Of a DNA stretch of 28,112 nt, positions 16,277 through 24,982 are shown one piece after another. The DNA is taken from positions 1-28,112 of the forward strand of contig JBFMCO010000071.1 in NCBI GenBank assembly GCA_040754495.1. The letters are read 5' to 3'. The notes under the pieces were generated by a model. It was not told where the DNA came from, did no database searches, and saw nothing but the letters and a program-made list of their open reading frames with translations. How positions within the stretch are numbered: the stretch's first letter is position 1; the number at the start of each line of letters is the position of its first letter. The stretch comes from Candidatus Micrarchaeota archaeon (GTDB lineage Archaea > Micrarchaeota > Micrarchaeia > Anstonellales > Bilamarchaeaceae). Position numbers and translations under genes: made by a program.

Positions 16277-16591
16277 ATGATAACTGAAATCTCCGGGCTT
16301 CTCGACGTACTTCATCTGGCCGCAGGTGTCGGGTTCCTTGCGGCGGTCGCGTTCGCGCTCAAGCTCTATCTGGAGACGGATAAGGGCTGGTACTGGCTCT
16401 CCCTTGTCCTGTCAGCGGTGTTTTTCGCGCTCGCGCACTGGAGCTCTATTATCTTCCCAATCAGCCTTGAGAACTTCGAGTTCCTGGCAATAATCCAGGA
16501 GACGAGCGAGATAGTCGCCAGCATTCTCCTCTCAGTCTCGTGCTACGGCATCTACAAAACCATGAAGGAAATCCGCAAGAGGGTAGAATGA
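16277..16591 (+). CDS. 3-TM membrane protein, candidate sensor module
   Basis: Three hydrophobic helices; AGGTGA SD; ATGA overlap with the downstream wHTH gene. Confidence 0.75.
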   Translation: MITEISGLLDVLHLAAGVGFLAAVAFALKLYLETDKGWYWLSLVLSAVFFALAHWSSIIFPISLENFEFLAIIQETSEIVASILLSVSCYGIYKTMKEIRKRVE

Positions 16592-16854
16592 AGACCATTC
16601 TTTTCTACTGGAGCAAGGGCTCCGACACGCGCAGGAAGCTGGTGCGGGCGATTGCCGAGTGCGAACGCCATGGGGAAGCCTGCTACCTGAACTCACTTGC
16701 GGAAAAGATGGGCCTCAGCCATGTAGCGGTAAAAAAACACATGGCTCTTCTCGTTGATGAAGGGTATGTGAAGGTGCTGAACCCCGGCGGCAAGCCCATC
16801 TACCTCGCCCTTACTGACAAGGGCATTGAGGTGCTGAAGGAGTTCTCCGCCTGA
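16588..16854 (+). CDS. ArsR-like winged-helix transcriptional regulator
   Basis: KGSDTRRKLVRAI...YLNSLAEKMGLSHVAVKKHMALLVDEGYV...LTDKG. Confidence 0.85.
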   Translation: MKTILFYWSKGSDTRRKLVRAIAECERHGEACYLNSLAEKMGLSHVAVKKHMALLVDEGYVKVLNPGGKPIYLALTDKGIEVLKEFSA

Positions 16855-16873
16855 GCGCCTGATGCCGGCTAGC

Positions 16874-17305
16874 TCAGCATGCTTTCCCATCGAGCTTCTG
16901 GACGATGGCGAGCGCAAGGGCCGCTATCGATACCACGCCCAGAAGGGGGCGCAGCGGGTCGAACCATTCGAAGAGGGCAGCATACCCGAGGAGCATCACG
17001 AGGAGCTTGTTGCATATTGGGCATGCGAAGGCAAGCAGGCCGAAGAAGGTGCCCCCGGCTGCCTTGCCATCCGCCGCGCAGGCATTGGTCGGAAGCGCAA
17101 GATACGCCCCTCCCAAAAGAGCGGTCGTGGCCAGGAAGAAGAAGTCCAGGGGCGAGGCCGGCATCATCCTCATGAAGATGGGGTTCGGTATCGTTGCCGT
17201 CACAAGGCCGAATAGCGCCAGGATGCCGATTGAATAAAGCAGCAGTCTAATCATCGTCCGCGCTTCGGAGAATGCGGCCGCGGCTTTCTGGAGTATGCGT
17301 TGCAT
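16874..17305 (-). CDS. MerT-like membrane protein with intramembrane CPIC (paralog 2)
   Basis: IPNPIFMRM, LLAFACPICNKLLVMLLG, DPLRPLL, C-terminal KAC. The start could be 17254. Confidence 0.75.
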   Translation of the reverse strand: MQRILQKAAAAFSEARTMIRLLLYSIGILALFGLVTATIPNPIFMRMMPASPLDFFFLATTALLGGAYLALPTNACAADGKAAGGTFFGLLAFACPICNKLLVMLLGYAALFEWFDPLRPLLGVVSIAALALAIVQKLDGKAC

Positions 17306-17311
17306 CCCTGC

Positions 17312-17590
17312 TCACCGTTCCTCGAACCGGATTTCTTTGCCGCCTATCCTGCCGGGCATGGCGCTGAATGCTATCCTTCCTTTTTTCTCCGCCGCCCCGG
17401 CCTTCCGCCTCTCTCCGAGGTACTCCACCAGATATGGCCCGAAAGTGAGCAGCAGCATGGCGGCAACGGCCGGAACGAAAAATGGCGATGCGGCCATGAA
17501 CGACCCTGCTCCCCCCAGCAGCATTAGCACCAGCACAAGTACCACCAGGTCCTGCTTCAGGCGCTGCTTAAGAGGCTTTTTGGCTTCCAT
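17312..17590 (-). CDS. Small 2-TM hypothetical protein
   Basis: GAGGTG SD before the ATG at 17590; two hydrophobic helices; operon-packed. Confidence 0.6.
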   Translation of the reverse strand: MEAKKPLKQRLKQDLVVLVLVLMLLGGAGSFMAASPFFVPAVAAMLLLTFGPYLVEYLGERRKAGAAEKKGRIAFSAMPGRIGGKEIRFEER

Positions 17591-18281
17591 TGCCGCCACC
17601 TCCGCTTTCAAGCGCGTTCAGCATCGGGACTGTGAACATCCCGGCTGCGATTCCTGCGATTGCCCCGGTTATCCACCTTATTGTATTGGTGCTTTCCTGC
17701 AGGCCGAAAGGATTCAGCCAGTAGAAAGAGGGATTGTCGAAAATGCCAGCGAGCATCTGCGTCGTGCCGTCAATCGCCAGCGGCAGCAGCCCCAGAACAA
17801 GCCAGAGAACGTGCGGGACCTTCGTCTGCTTCAGCCCGAACACAATGGGATACGCCATCATCGTAAGCATCCAGGGTATGTATATCGCGTAATCCCTGGT
17901 GTCGTTCGCGAACTTGTAGCCCGTCATCCCGTTCCTCACGACCCTCTCCGCCTTGTTCCTCCCTATCTGGTCCTGCTTGTATTCGGCGAATATGCCGTTA
18001 TAGCGCGGGTCGCCATCGCCCGTATAGAGCGTGCTTATGTTTGCTTCCGCTTCCCGGCCGCGGACTATGCAATCCTCTATGCCGAGGCTGCCGCTGGCAT
18101 CCTTGAAGACGCATTGCGAGCGGTAAATCCACTGGTGGTCATACGAGTGCACGTTATAGAGGAACGCCCCGGCCTCCTCGAAACCCGCGAATATGAGGAA
18201 CGGCGGGGCGAGTATCGAGAGGTTGAGAATGAGAAAAAAACCCACGACCAGATAATAAACCGGCGAAGAGGGCAGGGCCAT
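17568..18281 (-). CDS. DUF2085-like membrane protein
   Basis: DHQWIYRS (compare CHQxxxRS), LLPLAIDGTTQ, STNTIRWITGAIAG. Confidence 0.75.
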   Translation of the reverse strand: MALPSSPVYYLVVGFFLILNLSILAPPFLIFAGFEEAGAFLYNVHSYDHQWIYRSQCVFKDASGSLGIEDCIVRGREAEANISTLYTGDGDPRYNGIFAEYKQDQIGRNKAERVVRNGMTGYKFANDTRDYAIYIPWMLTMMAYPIVFGLKQTKVPHVLWLVLGLLPLAIDGTTQMLAGIFDNPSFYWLNPFGLQESTNTIRWITGAIAGIAAGMFTVPMLNALESGGGGNGSQKAS

Positions 18282-19901
18282 CTAATCCACCTCGAAGCTC
18301 GTCATCATGCCGGAGCCAAGATGCTCCGCGATGTGGCAGTGCATCATCCATTCCCCTTCGTTAGGGAAGTATGTGAGCAGCTCGGCAGTTTTCCCGGACG
18401 GTATGTTCACCGTGTCCTTCCACACCAGATTCCCGTTCTTCTGGCCGTCCATGCTGAGCACGAGGAACTGCGCCCCGTGCAGGTGGAGCGCGTGCTGCAT
18501 CGGATGGGCTGAATTCCCGTCGTTCTCAATCCTTATCTTCACGACCTTGCCTTTCGGTATGGCCGCCGCTGCATCCATGTTTTTCTTGCCGCTCATCCTG
18601 TCCTTTATGACCCAGGTTGTCCTGTTGCTTGTGGAGAAGCTGTTCATGGCGAACATCGTGTCCTCCCACTCAATCCCTTCTTCGATGTGGGCCATCATGT
18701 CCCCCATCCCTCCGCTTTCCATGCCCATTCCCTCAATGTCTACCGTGAGGACATAGTCGAAATCCGCCGGATTGTCGAAATATTCCTCATAAGCGCCGAT
18801 TTCCGAGATTATGTCGCTGTTATTCTTGAGAGCATAGAACCCCCCTTCACCCTCTCCATCCCCGCCCGATTCTTTCACGACTACTCTGCCCAGCGTCTGC
18901 TCGCCGAGCGGGTTCCTGTTTTTGATGGCGTATGTGCTAGGCTTGTCGAATTCAACCTCGACGATGAGCCTTTCCGAAGGCGAAATGATGACGGAATCAG
19001 CTAAATACTCCCTCTCCGCCTTCCCGCCGTCGCCTCCCACCACCTTCATGCGCATCCCATCTATCGAAAGATTGAACGTGCGGACGTTCGCCGCATCCAG
19101 TATGAAAAACCTCACTCTCTCCCCGTTCTCAACTTCGAGGGAGTAATCTGTCCTGCCATTCACGAGCATGACGTTGCCGAACCTTCCCATCAGGGCGAAA
19201 TTGGTTTCGTTGCTGTCGAATGGATAGACGTCCCCGCCGGATAGCAGGATGTCGTCCAGGGCAAGCACCTCCTCCCGGTCGACTGCATTGTAATATCCGC
19301 TTTCGTTTGGCTCCACCAGGATGAATCCGTACAGGCCAAGCTCCTGCTGGAGGTCCTCCCTCACATGCGGATGGTACCAGTACGCGCCTTCATCAGGGAA
19401 CTCCAGCCGGTAAAGGAAGCTTTCTCCGGGCATTACGGCCCGCTGCGTGACATCCGGAACGCCGTCGTACCTGTTCTGCAGCCTGAGCCCGTGCCAATGG
19501 ACGGTCGTGTTTGAGTCCAGCGAGTTGGTGAAATTGACGAAAACCGTGCTTCCCTGCCTCACACGGATGACTGGTCCCGGGATTTGGCCGTTATAAGCGA
19601 ATGCCCGTATCATCTTCCCGTCTATCTCCTTGGCAACCGGCCCGGCTTCGAGCGCGAAGACCGAGCCGTTCTCAAGCTCGTAAACCCCCTGCCCCGCTGC
19701 GGCCTCCAGACCGGTCGTATCCCTGTTTATCGGCTCGAAATCCCGGCCGCCCATCATGCCGCCGGCCATGCCGTTTCCTGCACCCGGCATCCCTCCCCCC
19801 GAGGCCAGCCCTGCGCCTCCCATCATCCCGCTTCTCTGTTGCGCTGAGCATCCGGCGGAAATAATTGTGGCCAGTAAAACAATCGCGAAAACGCCTCTCA
19901 T
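18282..19901 (-). CDS. Secreted three-domain multicopper oxidase (CueO/laccase-like), Met-rich
   Basis: Cu motifs TVHWHG, YWYHPH, HALHLHG, MHCHIAEHLGSGMM; signal peptide ending ISAGC; GGMMGG-rich N-terminus. Confidence 0.95.
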   Translation of the reverse strand: MRGVFAIVLLATIISAGCSAQQRSGMMGGAGLASGGGMPGAGNGMAGGMMGGRDFEPINRDTTGLEAAAGQGVYELENGSVFALEAGPVAKEIDGKMIRAFAYNGQIPGPVIRVRQGSTVFVNFTNSLDSNTTVHWHGLRLQNRYDGVPDVTQRAVMPGESFLYRLEFPDEGAYWYHPHVREDLQQELGLYGFILVEPNESGYYNAVDREEVLALDDILLSGGDVYPFDSNETNFALMGRFGNVMLVNGRTDYSLEVENGERVRFFILDAANVRTFNLSIDGMRMKVVGGDGGKAEREYLADSVIISPSERLIVEVEFDKPSTYAIKNRNPLGEQTLGRVVVKESGGDGEGEGGFYALKNNSDIISEIGAYEEYFDNPADFDYVLTVDIEGMGMESGGMGDMMAHIEEGIEWEDTMFAMNSFSTSNRTTWVIKDRMSGKKNMDAAAAIPKGKVVKIRIENDGNSAHPMQHALHLHGAQFLVLSMDGQKNGNLVWKDTVNIPSGKTAELLTYFPNEGEWMMHCHIAEHLGSGMMTSFEVD

Positions 19902-19905
19902 CTCA

Positions 19906-20355
19906 TCACTCGTACCTTATCTCGATAACGTCTCCGTCCGCCATCACATAATGCTCGAAATCGCCGTTTTCCCTTCCGTTGACGAGCATCTTCACGCCCT
20001 TTCCGCCCGCATTGCAGTAGTCGAAGACGCACTCGCTGTTGAATCTCTCCCCCCACACCTCGTTCATGAAATAGCCGACCGTCAGCTGGTTCTTGGGTAT
20101 GGTGGCCTGGCTGAACTCGAAATGCACAGTCCCATCGCCCTCCTCATGGGTGTGCACCGGGAGATGGCGCCCGCCGCCAAGGCCGAGGTTGTCCGGAACC
20201 CCGACCTCTTTCCCATCGATAAAAATGGCGATTCTGGAGTGCCAGTGCAGCGGCCCGCCGACCGAGCCCTCGGCATACGCGTTCCTGCTCCCAAGAAGGA
20301 GGTACGCGGACACGGCGAGCGCAAGGAGGATGAATGCGTATACGTATCCTTTCAT
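19906..20355 (-). CDS. Membrane-anchored His-motif protein (HWH...HTH...H)
   Basis: N-terminal TM; GPLHWHS, PVHTHEEGDGTVHFE, CVFDYC; operon-packed between copA and the oxidase. Confidence 0.75.
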   Translation of the reverse strand: MKGYVYAFILLALAVSAYLLLGSRNAYAEGSVGGPLHWHSRIAIFIDGKEVGVPDNLGLGGGRHLPVHTHEEGDGTVHFEFSQATIPKNQLTVGYFMNEVWGERFNSECVFDYCNAGGKGVKMLVNGRENGDFEHYVMADGDVIEIRYE

Positions 20356-20358
20356 AGC

Positions 20359-22818
20359 TCACAACCTCGGCTTCCAGCCTCTCATCAGCAGGCTGTTCGA
20401 GACCACGCTCACCGAGCTGAACGCCATCGCAGCTCCTGCTATCACCGGACTTAGCAGGAAACCTGAGACCGGGAACAGGATGCCCATGGCAACCGGTATT
20501 CCTACAGTGTTGTATAGGAAGGCCCAGAAGAGGTTCTCCTTGATTTTCCTCATGGTATACCTGCTGAGCTGTATGGCGGATACGATGTCGCGCAGGTCGC
20601 TTTTCACCAGGACTATGCCCCCGCTCTCGATGGCCACGTCAGTACCGGCGCCAATCGCTATCCCCACATCCGCCTGCGCCAGTGCAGGAGCGTCATTTAT
20701 GCCATCGCCGACGAACGCCACCTTGCTGCCTTCGTCCTGGAGCCTCTTCACCTCGTTGGCCTTGTCCTCCGGCATCACGTGCGCTAGCACCCGGTCGATG
20801 CCAGCCTGCTTCGCTATCGCCTGCGCGGTCCTCTCGTTGTCGCCGGTTATCATGGCAGTCTCATAGCCCATTTTGTGGAGCCTGTCGACGGCTTCTCTCG
20901 AATGCTCTTTTATGGTGTCCGCTATCGCTATGAGCCCGGCTATCCTATCCTCCGCAGCGACTATCACGACCGTCTTGCCCTCTTTCTCGAGCCCGTGCAT
21001 CCTCTTTATAGCCCTGTCATCGACTTTCACGCCTTCCTTCTGCATCAGTGCCACGTTGCCGACAAGCACCCTCACGTTGCCGAAGACGGCGGATATGCCG
21101 TGGCCCGGAATCGCCTTGAAATCCCCGGGCTCCCCTATCCGGAGTTTCCTCTCCTTCGCCTTTTTCACGACCGCCTGGGCAAGATGGTGCTCGGAGTTGT
21201 TCTCCGCAGAGGCGGCTATCCGGAGGAGCTCATCATCCTTCATCCCGAAGGCAATCATCTCGGTGACGATCGCCTCCCCTTTTGTTATGGTGCCAGTTTT
21301 GTCGAACACCACTATCTTCACCTGATGCAGGAGCTCAAGCGCCTCGGCATTCTTTATAAGGATGCCGTTCTCGGCTCCCTTGCCCGTCCCTATCATGACG
21401 GCTGTGGGCGTGGCGAGGCCCATCGCGCACGGGCATGCGATGATAAGGGTCGATACGAGGATGGTAAGGGCAAAGAGGAATATCTGGCCCGCAAGGAAAT
21501 ACCAGTATACGAACGCCGCCAGGGCGAGGATTATTACGCCCTGAACGAAATAGCCGGCCACGGTATCCACAAGGCGCTGAATCGGAGCCTTGCTGCCCTG
21601 CGCGTCCTCGACCAGCTTTATTATCTGGGCGAGCATGGTGTCGCTCCCTACCTTGGTGGCCCTGAACCTGAAAGAGCCCGTCTTGTTTATGGTCGCTCCG
21701 ATGACAATGTCCCCCTTGGTCTTATGCACCGGCAGGCTCTCCCCGGTTATCATGCTCTCATCGACGCTGCTGGCTCCATCAGCGACCACGCCGTCCACAG
21801 GAATCTTGTCCCCGGGCTTGACGATGATTATGTCGCCAACCACGACGTCCTTTATGGGTATCTCCATCTCCTTCCCGTCCCTTATGACCAGGGCGGTCTT
21901 GGGCTGAAGCCCTATCAGCCGTTTTATCGCCTCGGAAGTCTTCCCCTTGGCCACCGCCTCCAGGTACTTGCCGAGGACTATGAACGTCAGGAGGAGGGCC
22001 GCGGTCTCGTAGTATATGCTTCCCTCGATGAACCCGAAACCCACCAGAACGCTGTACGCATAAGCGGTCCCCACGCCAAGAGCCACCAGGCTGTCCATGC
22101 CCGGCATGCGGTTGAGCAGGCCCCTGAATCCGCGGGTGAAGAAATCCCTGTTCAGGTACATCACAGGGGTAGAAAGAAAGAACTGGAGCGCGGCCATGTT
22201 CTTCATGAGGAAATCAGGGTATTCGAGCGCGACGATGCCCTTGAGCATCTCCGGCAGCGCGAGGAGGAGGACCGGGACGGTGAGGAGCGCGGACCAGAGC
22301 ACCCTGCCTTTCAGCTCCTTCACCTCTTTTTCCCGGGCGAGCTTCTCCTTGTCTATCTCCTCGCCGAGCTCCATCAGCTCTGCGTCGTATCCCGCGTCCA
22401 CGATGGCTTTCCTGATGCGGGTGAAACCGGTTTTCCCCTTGTCATATTCTATGACGGCCTTCTCCAGGCCGAAATTCAGCTCGAACTTCTCCACTCCCGG
22501 AGCCTTCCTGAGCGCCTTCTCCACTATCCCGGCGCAGTGCAGGGAGTCCATGCCTATGACATGGAGGTACATCCTGTCCTTCCCTTTCTTCGGAGCCTCC
22601 TCCCCGATGTCCGCCCCGTAGCCAAGGCCTTCTATGGACTCCTTGAAATTACCCGGCCCGACTTTGGCTTCATCGTACTCGACGGTGGCCCTGCTGGTCG
22701 CGTAATTGACGTTCGCGCTCCGGACGCCATCGAGCTTCTTGAGCCTCCTCTCTATGTTGAGGGCGCAGGATGCGCAGTGCATCCCGCTTACCGGGATAGT
22801 CATCTTCATCATCATCAC
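20359..22818 (-). CDS. copA: Cu(I)-translocating P1B-1 ATPase with two N-terminal HMA domains
   Basis: [42 protein letters not shown] and MAFSSVSV (Cu+ ligand signature). Confidence 0.96.
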   Translation of the reverse strand: MMMMKMTIPVSGMHCASCALNIERRLKKLDGVRSANVNYATSRATVEYDEAKVGPGNFKESIEGLGYGADIGEEAPKKGKDRMYLHVIGMDSLHCAGIVEKALRKAPGVEKFELNFGLEKAVIEYDKGKTGFTRIRKAIVDAGYDAELMELGEEIDKEKLAREKEVKELKGRVLWSALLTVPVLLLALPEMLKGIVALEYPDFLMKNMAALQFFLSTPVMYLNRDFFTRGFRGLLNRMPGMDSLVALGVGTAYAYSVLVGFGFIEGSIYYETAALLLTFIVLGKYLEAVAKGKTSEAIKRLIGLQPKTALVIRDGKEMEIPIKDVVVGDIIIVKPGDKIPVDGVVADGASSVDESMITGESLPVHKTKGDIVIGATINKTGSFRFRATKVGSDTMLAQIIKLVEDAQGSKAPIQRLVDTVAGYFVQGVIILALAAFVYWYFLAGQIFLFALTILVSTLIIACPCAMGLATPTAVMIGTGKGAENGILIKNAEALELLHQVKIVVFDKTGTITKGEAIVTEMIAFGMKDDELLRIAASAENNSEHHLAQAVVKKAKERKLRIGEPGDFKAIPGHGISAVFGNVRVLVGNVALMQKEGVKVDDRAIKRMHGLEKEGKTVVIVAAEDRIAGLIAIADTIKEHSREAVDRLHKMGYETAMITGDNERTAQAIAKQAGIDRVLAHVMPEDKANEVKRLQDEGSKVAFVGDGINDAPALAQADVGIAIGAGTDVAIESGGIVLVKSDLRDIVSAIQLSRYTMRKIKENLFWAFLYNTVGIPVAMGILFPVSGFLLSPVIAGAAMAFSSVSVVSNSLLMRGWKPRL

Positions 22819-23745
22819 CTACGGATATACCAGGATGCCCTTGGGCCCATAAACCATCATCAGGGAAAGCGCTATGGCGAACGCGGCGCATGTTGCGGCG
22901 AACCCGGCGAAGCGGGTGCTGAATGCCTCCTTCGGGGCCGCCCCGCTCTCCCTGTACATCATGTAGCTGAGCCCGCCGAGGACGAAAGCGCATATCCCGA
23001 ACAGGATATACAGGAACAGCACCAGGTTCTCCCGCAGCATCATCACCGAGGTCATTGCCCCCATGATGCCGGCCATCAGGCCCGCCATCACTCCTTCCAT
23101 AGTGCCCATGACGCCGCAGCACCTGCCGAGGTTGCCGCCAAGGGCGATGCCGGCGGCCATCCCTACCGTGGAGCCTATGAACATGCCGTTCGTAGCGCCT
23201 ATCAGCGCCCCGACCATGAAGCCGCTTATCATGCCCATGGTCATGCCGACCATCATGCCGTTGTTGCAGGATATCCCTTTGCCGTAGCTGCTCATGTGCA
23301 GGTACGAGAATACCGTCATGACGGAGGTCAGGATGGCCAGGGCAAGGAGGGGCATGTACGCCCCGAGCGATGATACCGAAGGGAGCGCCGCGGCGTATCC
23401 AAGGCCGCCCAGTACTACAAGGGCCGCGGTGGAGCCAAGGGCGTAATTCACGAGCTTCGATTCCACCTCGACATGCGGCTCTCCGGCTATGATGGACGAA
23501 AGGTACGTCTTCACCCTTGCCGGGTCCCCCCGCTGGCCGGCATCGCCTGCCTTTTCATTGAATCCTTTCTCGGCAAGCTGCCTCCTCAGCGTCTCGAGGG
23601 TGCCTTCCTCGCAGGAAAGCGCAACAACGCCGCTCTTCGCGTCTATCTCTTTGACTTTGGCGCCGTTCTGCTCGGCCACCCTCTCGATGAGCTTCTCGCA
23701 CGAGCCGCATGTCATGCCGTTCAGCCGGAGCGTGTAATCATTCAC
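22819..23745 (-). CDS. HMA domain fused to a Met/Gly-rich ~7-TM domain
   Basis: GMTCGSC N-terminus; TMs GMMVGMTMGMISGFM and CCGVMGTMEGVMAGLMAGIMGAMTSVMM; stop abuts the copA start. Confidence 0.82.
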   Translation of the reverse strand: MNDYTLRLNGMTCGSCEKLIERVAEQNGAKVKEIDAKSGVVALSCEEGTLETLRRQLAEKGFNEKAGDAGQRGDPARVKTYLSSIIAGEPHVEVESKLVNYALGSTAALVVLGGLGYAAALPSVSSLGAYMPLLALAILTSVMTVFSYLHMSSYGKGISCNNGMMVGMTMGMISGFMVGALIGATNGMFIGSTVGMAAGIALGGNLGRCCGVMGTMEGVMAGLMAGIMGAMTSVMMLRENLVLFLYILFGICAFVLGGLSYMMYRESGAAPKEAFSTRFAGFAATCAAFAIALSLMMVYGPKGILVYP

Positions 23746-23746
23746 C

Positions 23747-23947
23747 TCAAACCACCTTATAGCCCTCTTTCAATATAGTCTTCCTCACTTCATCGAGCAC
23801 GCGCTCGTCCCTCACGCTGACGCGCACCAATCCGCCTTTGTGATCGGCACTGACCTTCTCAACGCCATTTACCTCTGATATCGAATCCGTGAGCAGCATC
23901 TCGCAGGACCTGCAGTGCATGCCTTCAACCTTCATTGTCTTTTCCAT
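23747..23947 (-). CDS. copZ: CopZ-like copper chaperone
   Basis: 66-aa single HMA domain, KVEGMHCRSC...EGYKV. Confidence 0.88.
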   Translation of the reverse strand: MEKTMKVEGMHCRSCEMLLTDSISEVNGVEKVSADHKGGLVRVSVRDERVLDEVRKTILKEGYKVV

Positions 23948-24403
23948 CTATCTCACCTCGCACGTACCGGATGCGGCCTTCAGCGAATTGTGCAGCGAAA
24001 ACACCAGCAGCCCCAGGCTGAGAAGCCCCATATACAATCCTATGTCCGCCAGGAACGCCGTCGCCGAGCCGAGGCCGAGCCAGACCAGCCAAATCGGCTG
24101 GCAGACCGGGCAGGCGCTCGTGAAAAGCGCGGCCAGCGTCCCCAATGCGGTCGTCCCTCCGGCGGCCTTCATGGCCTCGTAGTTGTGGAGGAGCACTGCT
24201 CCGTTTAAGGCCATTAGGGATGCCACCGCGCCCATGATGGCTATCTTCGGGGCCTCTGCGGTCGGATTCAGCTCCAGCGTCCATGGTATTATTGTGGACG
24301 AGCTGACGCTAAGAAGCGGCAGGAGGATGACGAGGAGGGCGAGAAATGCCGTCCTGTACCTCCACTGCCCGAGGACAGCGGCAAGGGGCTCCAGGTAAAT
24401 CAT
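23948..24403 (-). CDS. MerT-like membrane protein with intramembrane CPVC (paralog 3)
   Basis: LAALFTSACPVCQPIWLVWLG; C-terminal GTC; 4 TM helices; ATGA overlap with the cupredoxin gene. Confidence 0.78.
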   Translation of the reverse strand: MIYLEPLAAVLGQWRYRTAFLALLVILLPLLSVSSSTIIPWTLELNPTAEAPKIAIMGAVASLMALNGAVLLHNYEAMKAAGGTTALGTLAALFTSACPVCQPIWLVWLGLGSATAFLADIGLYMGLLSLGLLVFSLHNSLKAASGTCEVR

Positions 24404-24843
24404 GCCGTCACCACGAACCTCCCCGGCGGGAACATCCTCATGCCGCAGTTGTATTCGTAGGTGCCTTCCTTATCAGGCGTGAATTCCACAACGGCCTCCT
24501 GGCCGTTCCTGGAGATGACCCTCACATCCGTTCCGTATATTACGAGCTGGGCCCCGCAGCCGGCATTTATGGCCGTGAAATGCAGCCTGACCGGGATGCC
24601 CCTCCTCACGGTTATCTCGCTCTTGTCATACCCCTGGGCTGTCGCCTTGAGGTAAACGTCCTGCACCCCGGGCACCGTGCCGGGAGCCGTATCAGCTCCG
24701 GTGGGCGGCTCCTGCGTGAGCGCCTGCGGCGTCCCGCTTCCTGCGCTGGCGCCGAAAACTATGAATCCCCCGACCGCGACGGCCAGAAGCAGGCCGGCCA
24801 GCAGGAATGCTGTCGTCTTCTGAATCTTTATCTCATTGCTCAT
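24400..24843 (-). CDS. Membrane-anchored cupredoxin-domain protein (CupA-like)
   Basis: N-terminal TM; ITVRRGIPVRLHF, GCG, FTPDKEGTYEYNCGMRM (Cys/Met ligands as in CupA). Confidence 0.85.
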   Translation of the reverse strand: MSNEIKIQKTTAFLLAGLLLAVAVGGFIVFGASAGSGTPQALTQEPPTGADTAPGTVPGVQDVYLKATAQGYDKSEITVRRGIPVRLHFTAINAGCGAQLVIYGTDVRVISRNGQEAVVEFTPDKEGTYEYNCGMRMFPPGRFVVTA

Positions 24844-24876
24844 GATTTCACCTATCGCGTCCGAGGCCGCGATAAC

Positions 24877-24906
24877 ATTGTTTCATTTACCCGAAACAAT
24901 ATATAT
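24877..24906. promoter_or_regulatory. Perfect inverted repeat ATTGTTTC-N8-GAAACAAT abutting a TATATA box of the copper operon
   Basis: Arms at 24877-84 and 24893-900; AT-alternating tract at 24899-906. Confidence 0.6.
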
Positions 24907-24982
24907 TGATTCGTGAAACTATCCTCTGGTTTAAAGAAATGATATCGCACAAAGATGAAACATACATTCCATCAGTGGTACT

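Noticed and set aside
20875-23373. 832-aa plus-strand ORF antisense to copA
   Set aside because: Shadow ORF of a GC-rich, codon-biased gene; no motifs; Leu/His/Arg-rich composition typical of antisense frames.
14828-24403. A mer (mercury resistance) operon
   Set aside because: No MerA, MerR or exported MerP. The ATPase and oxidase carry Cu-specific signatures.
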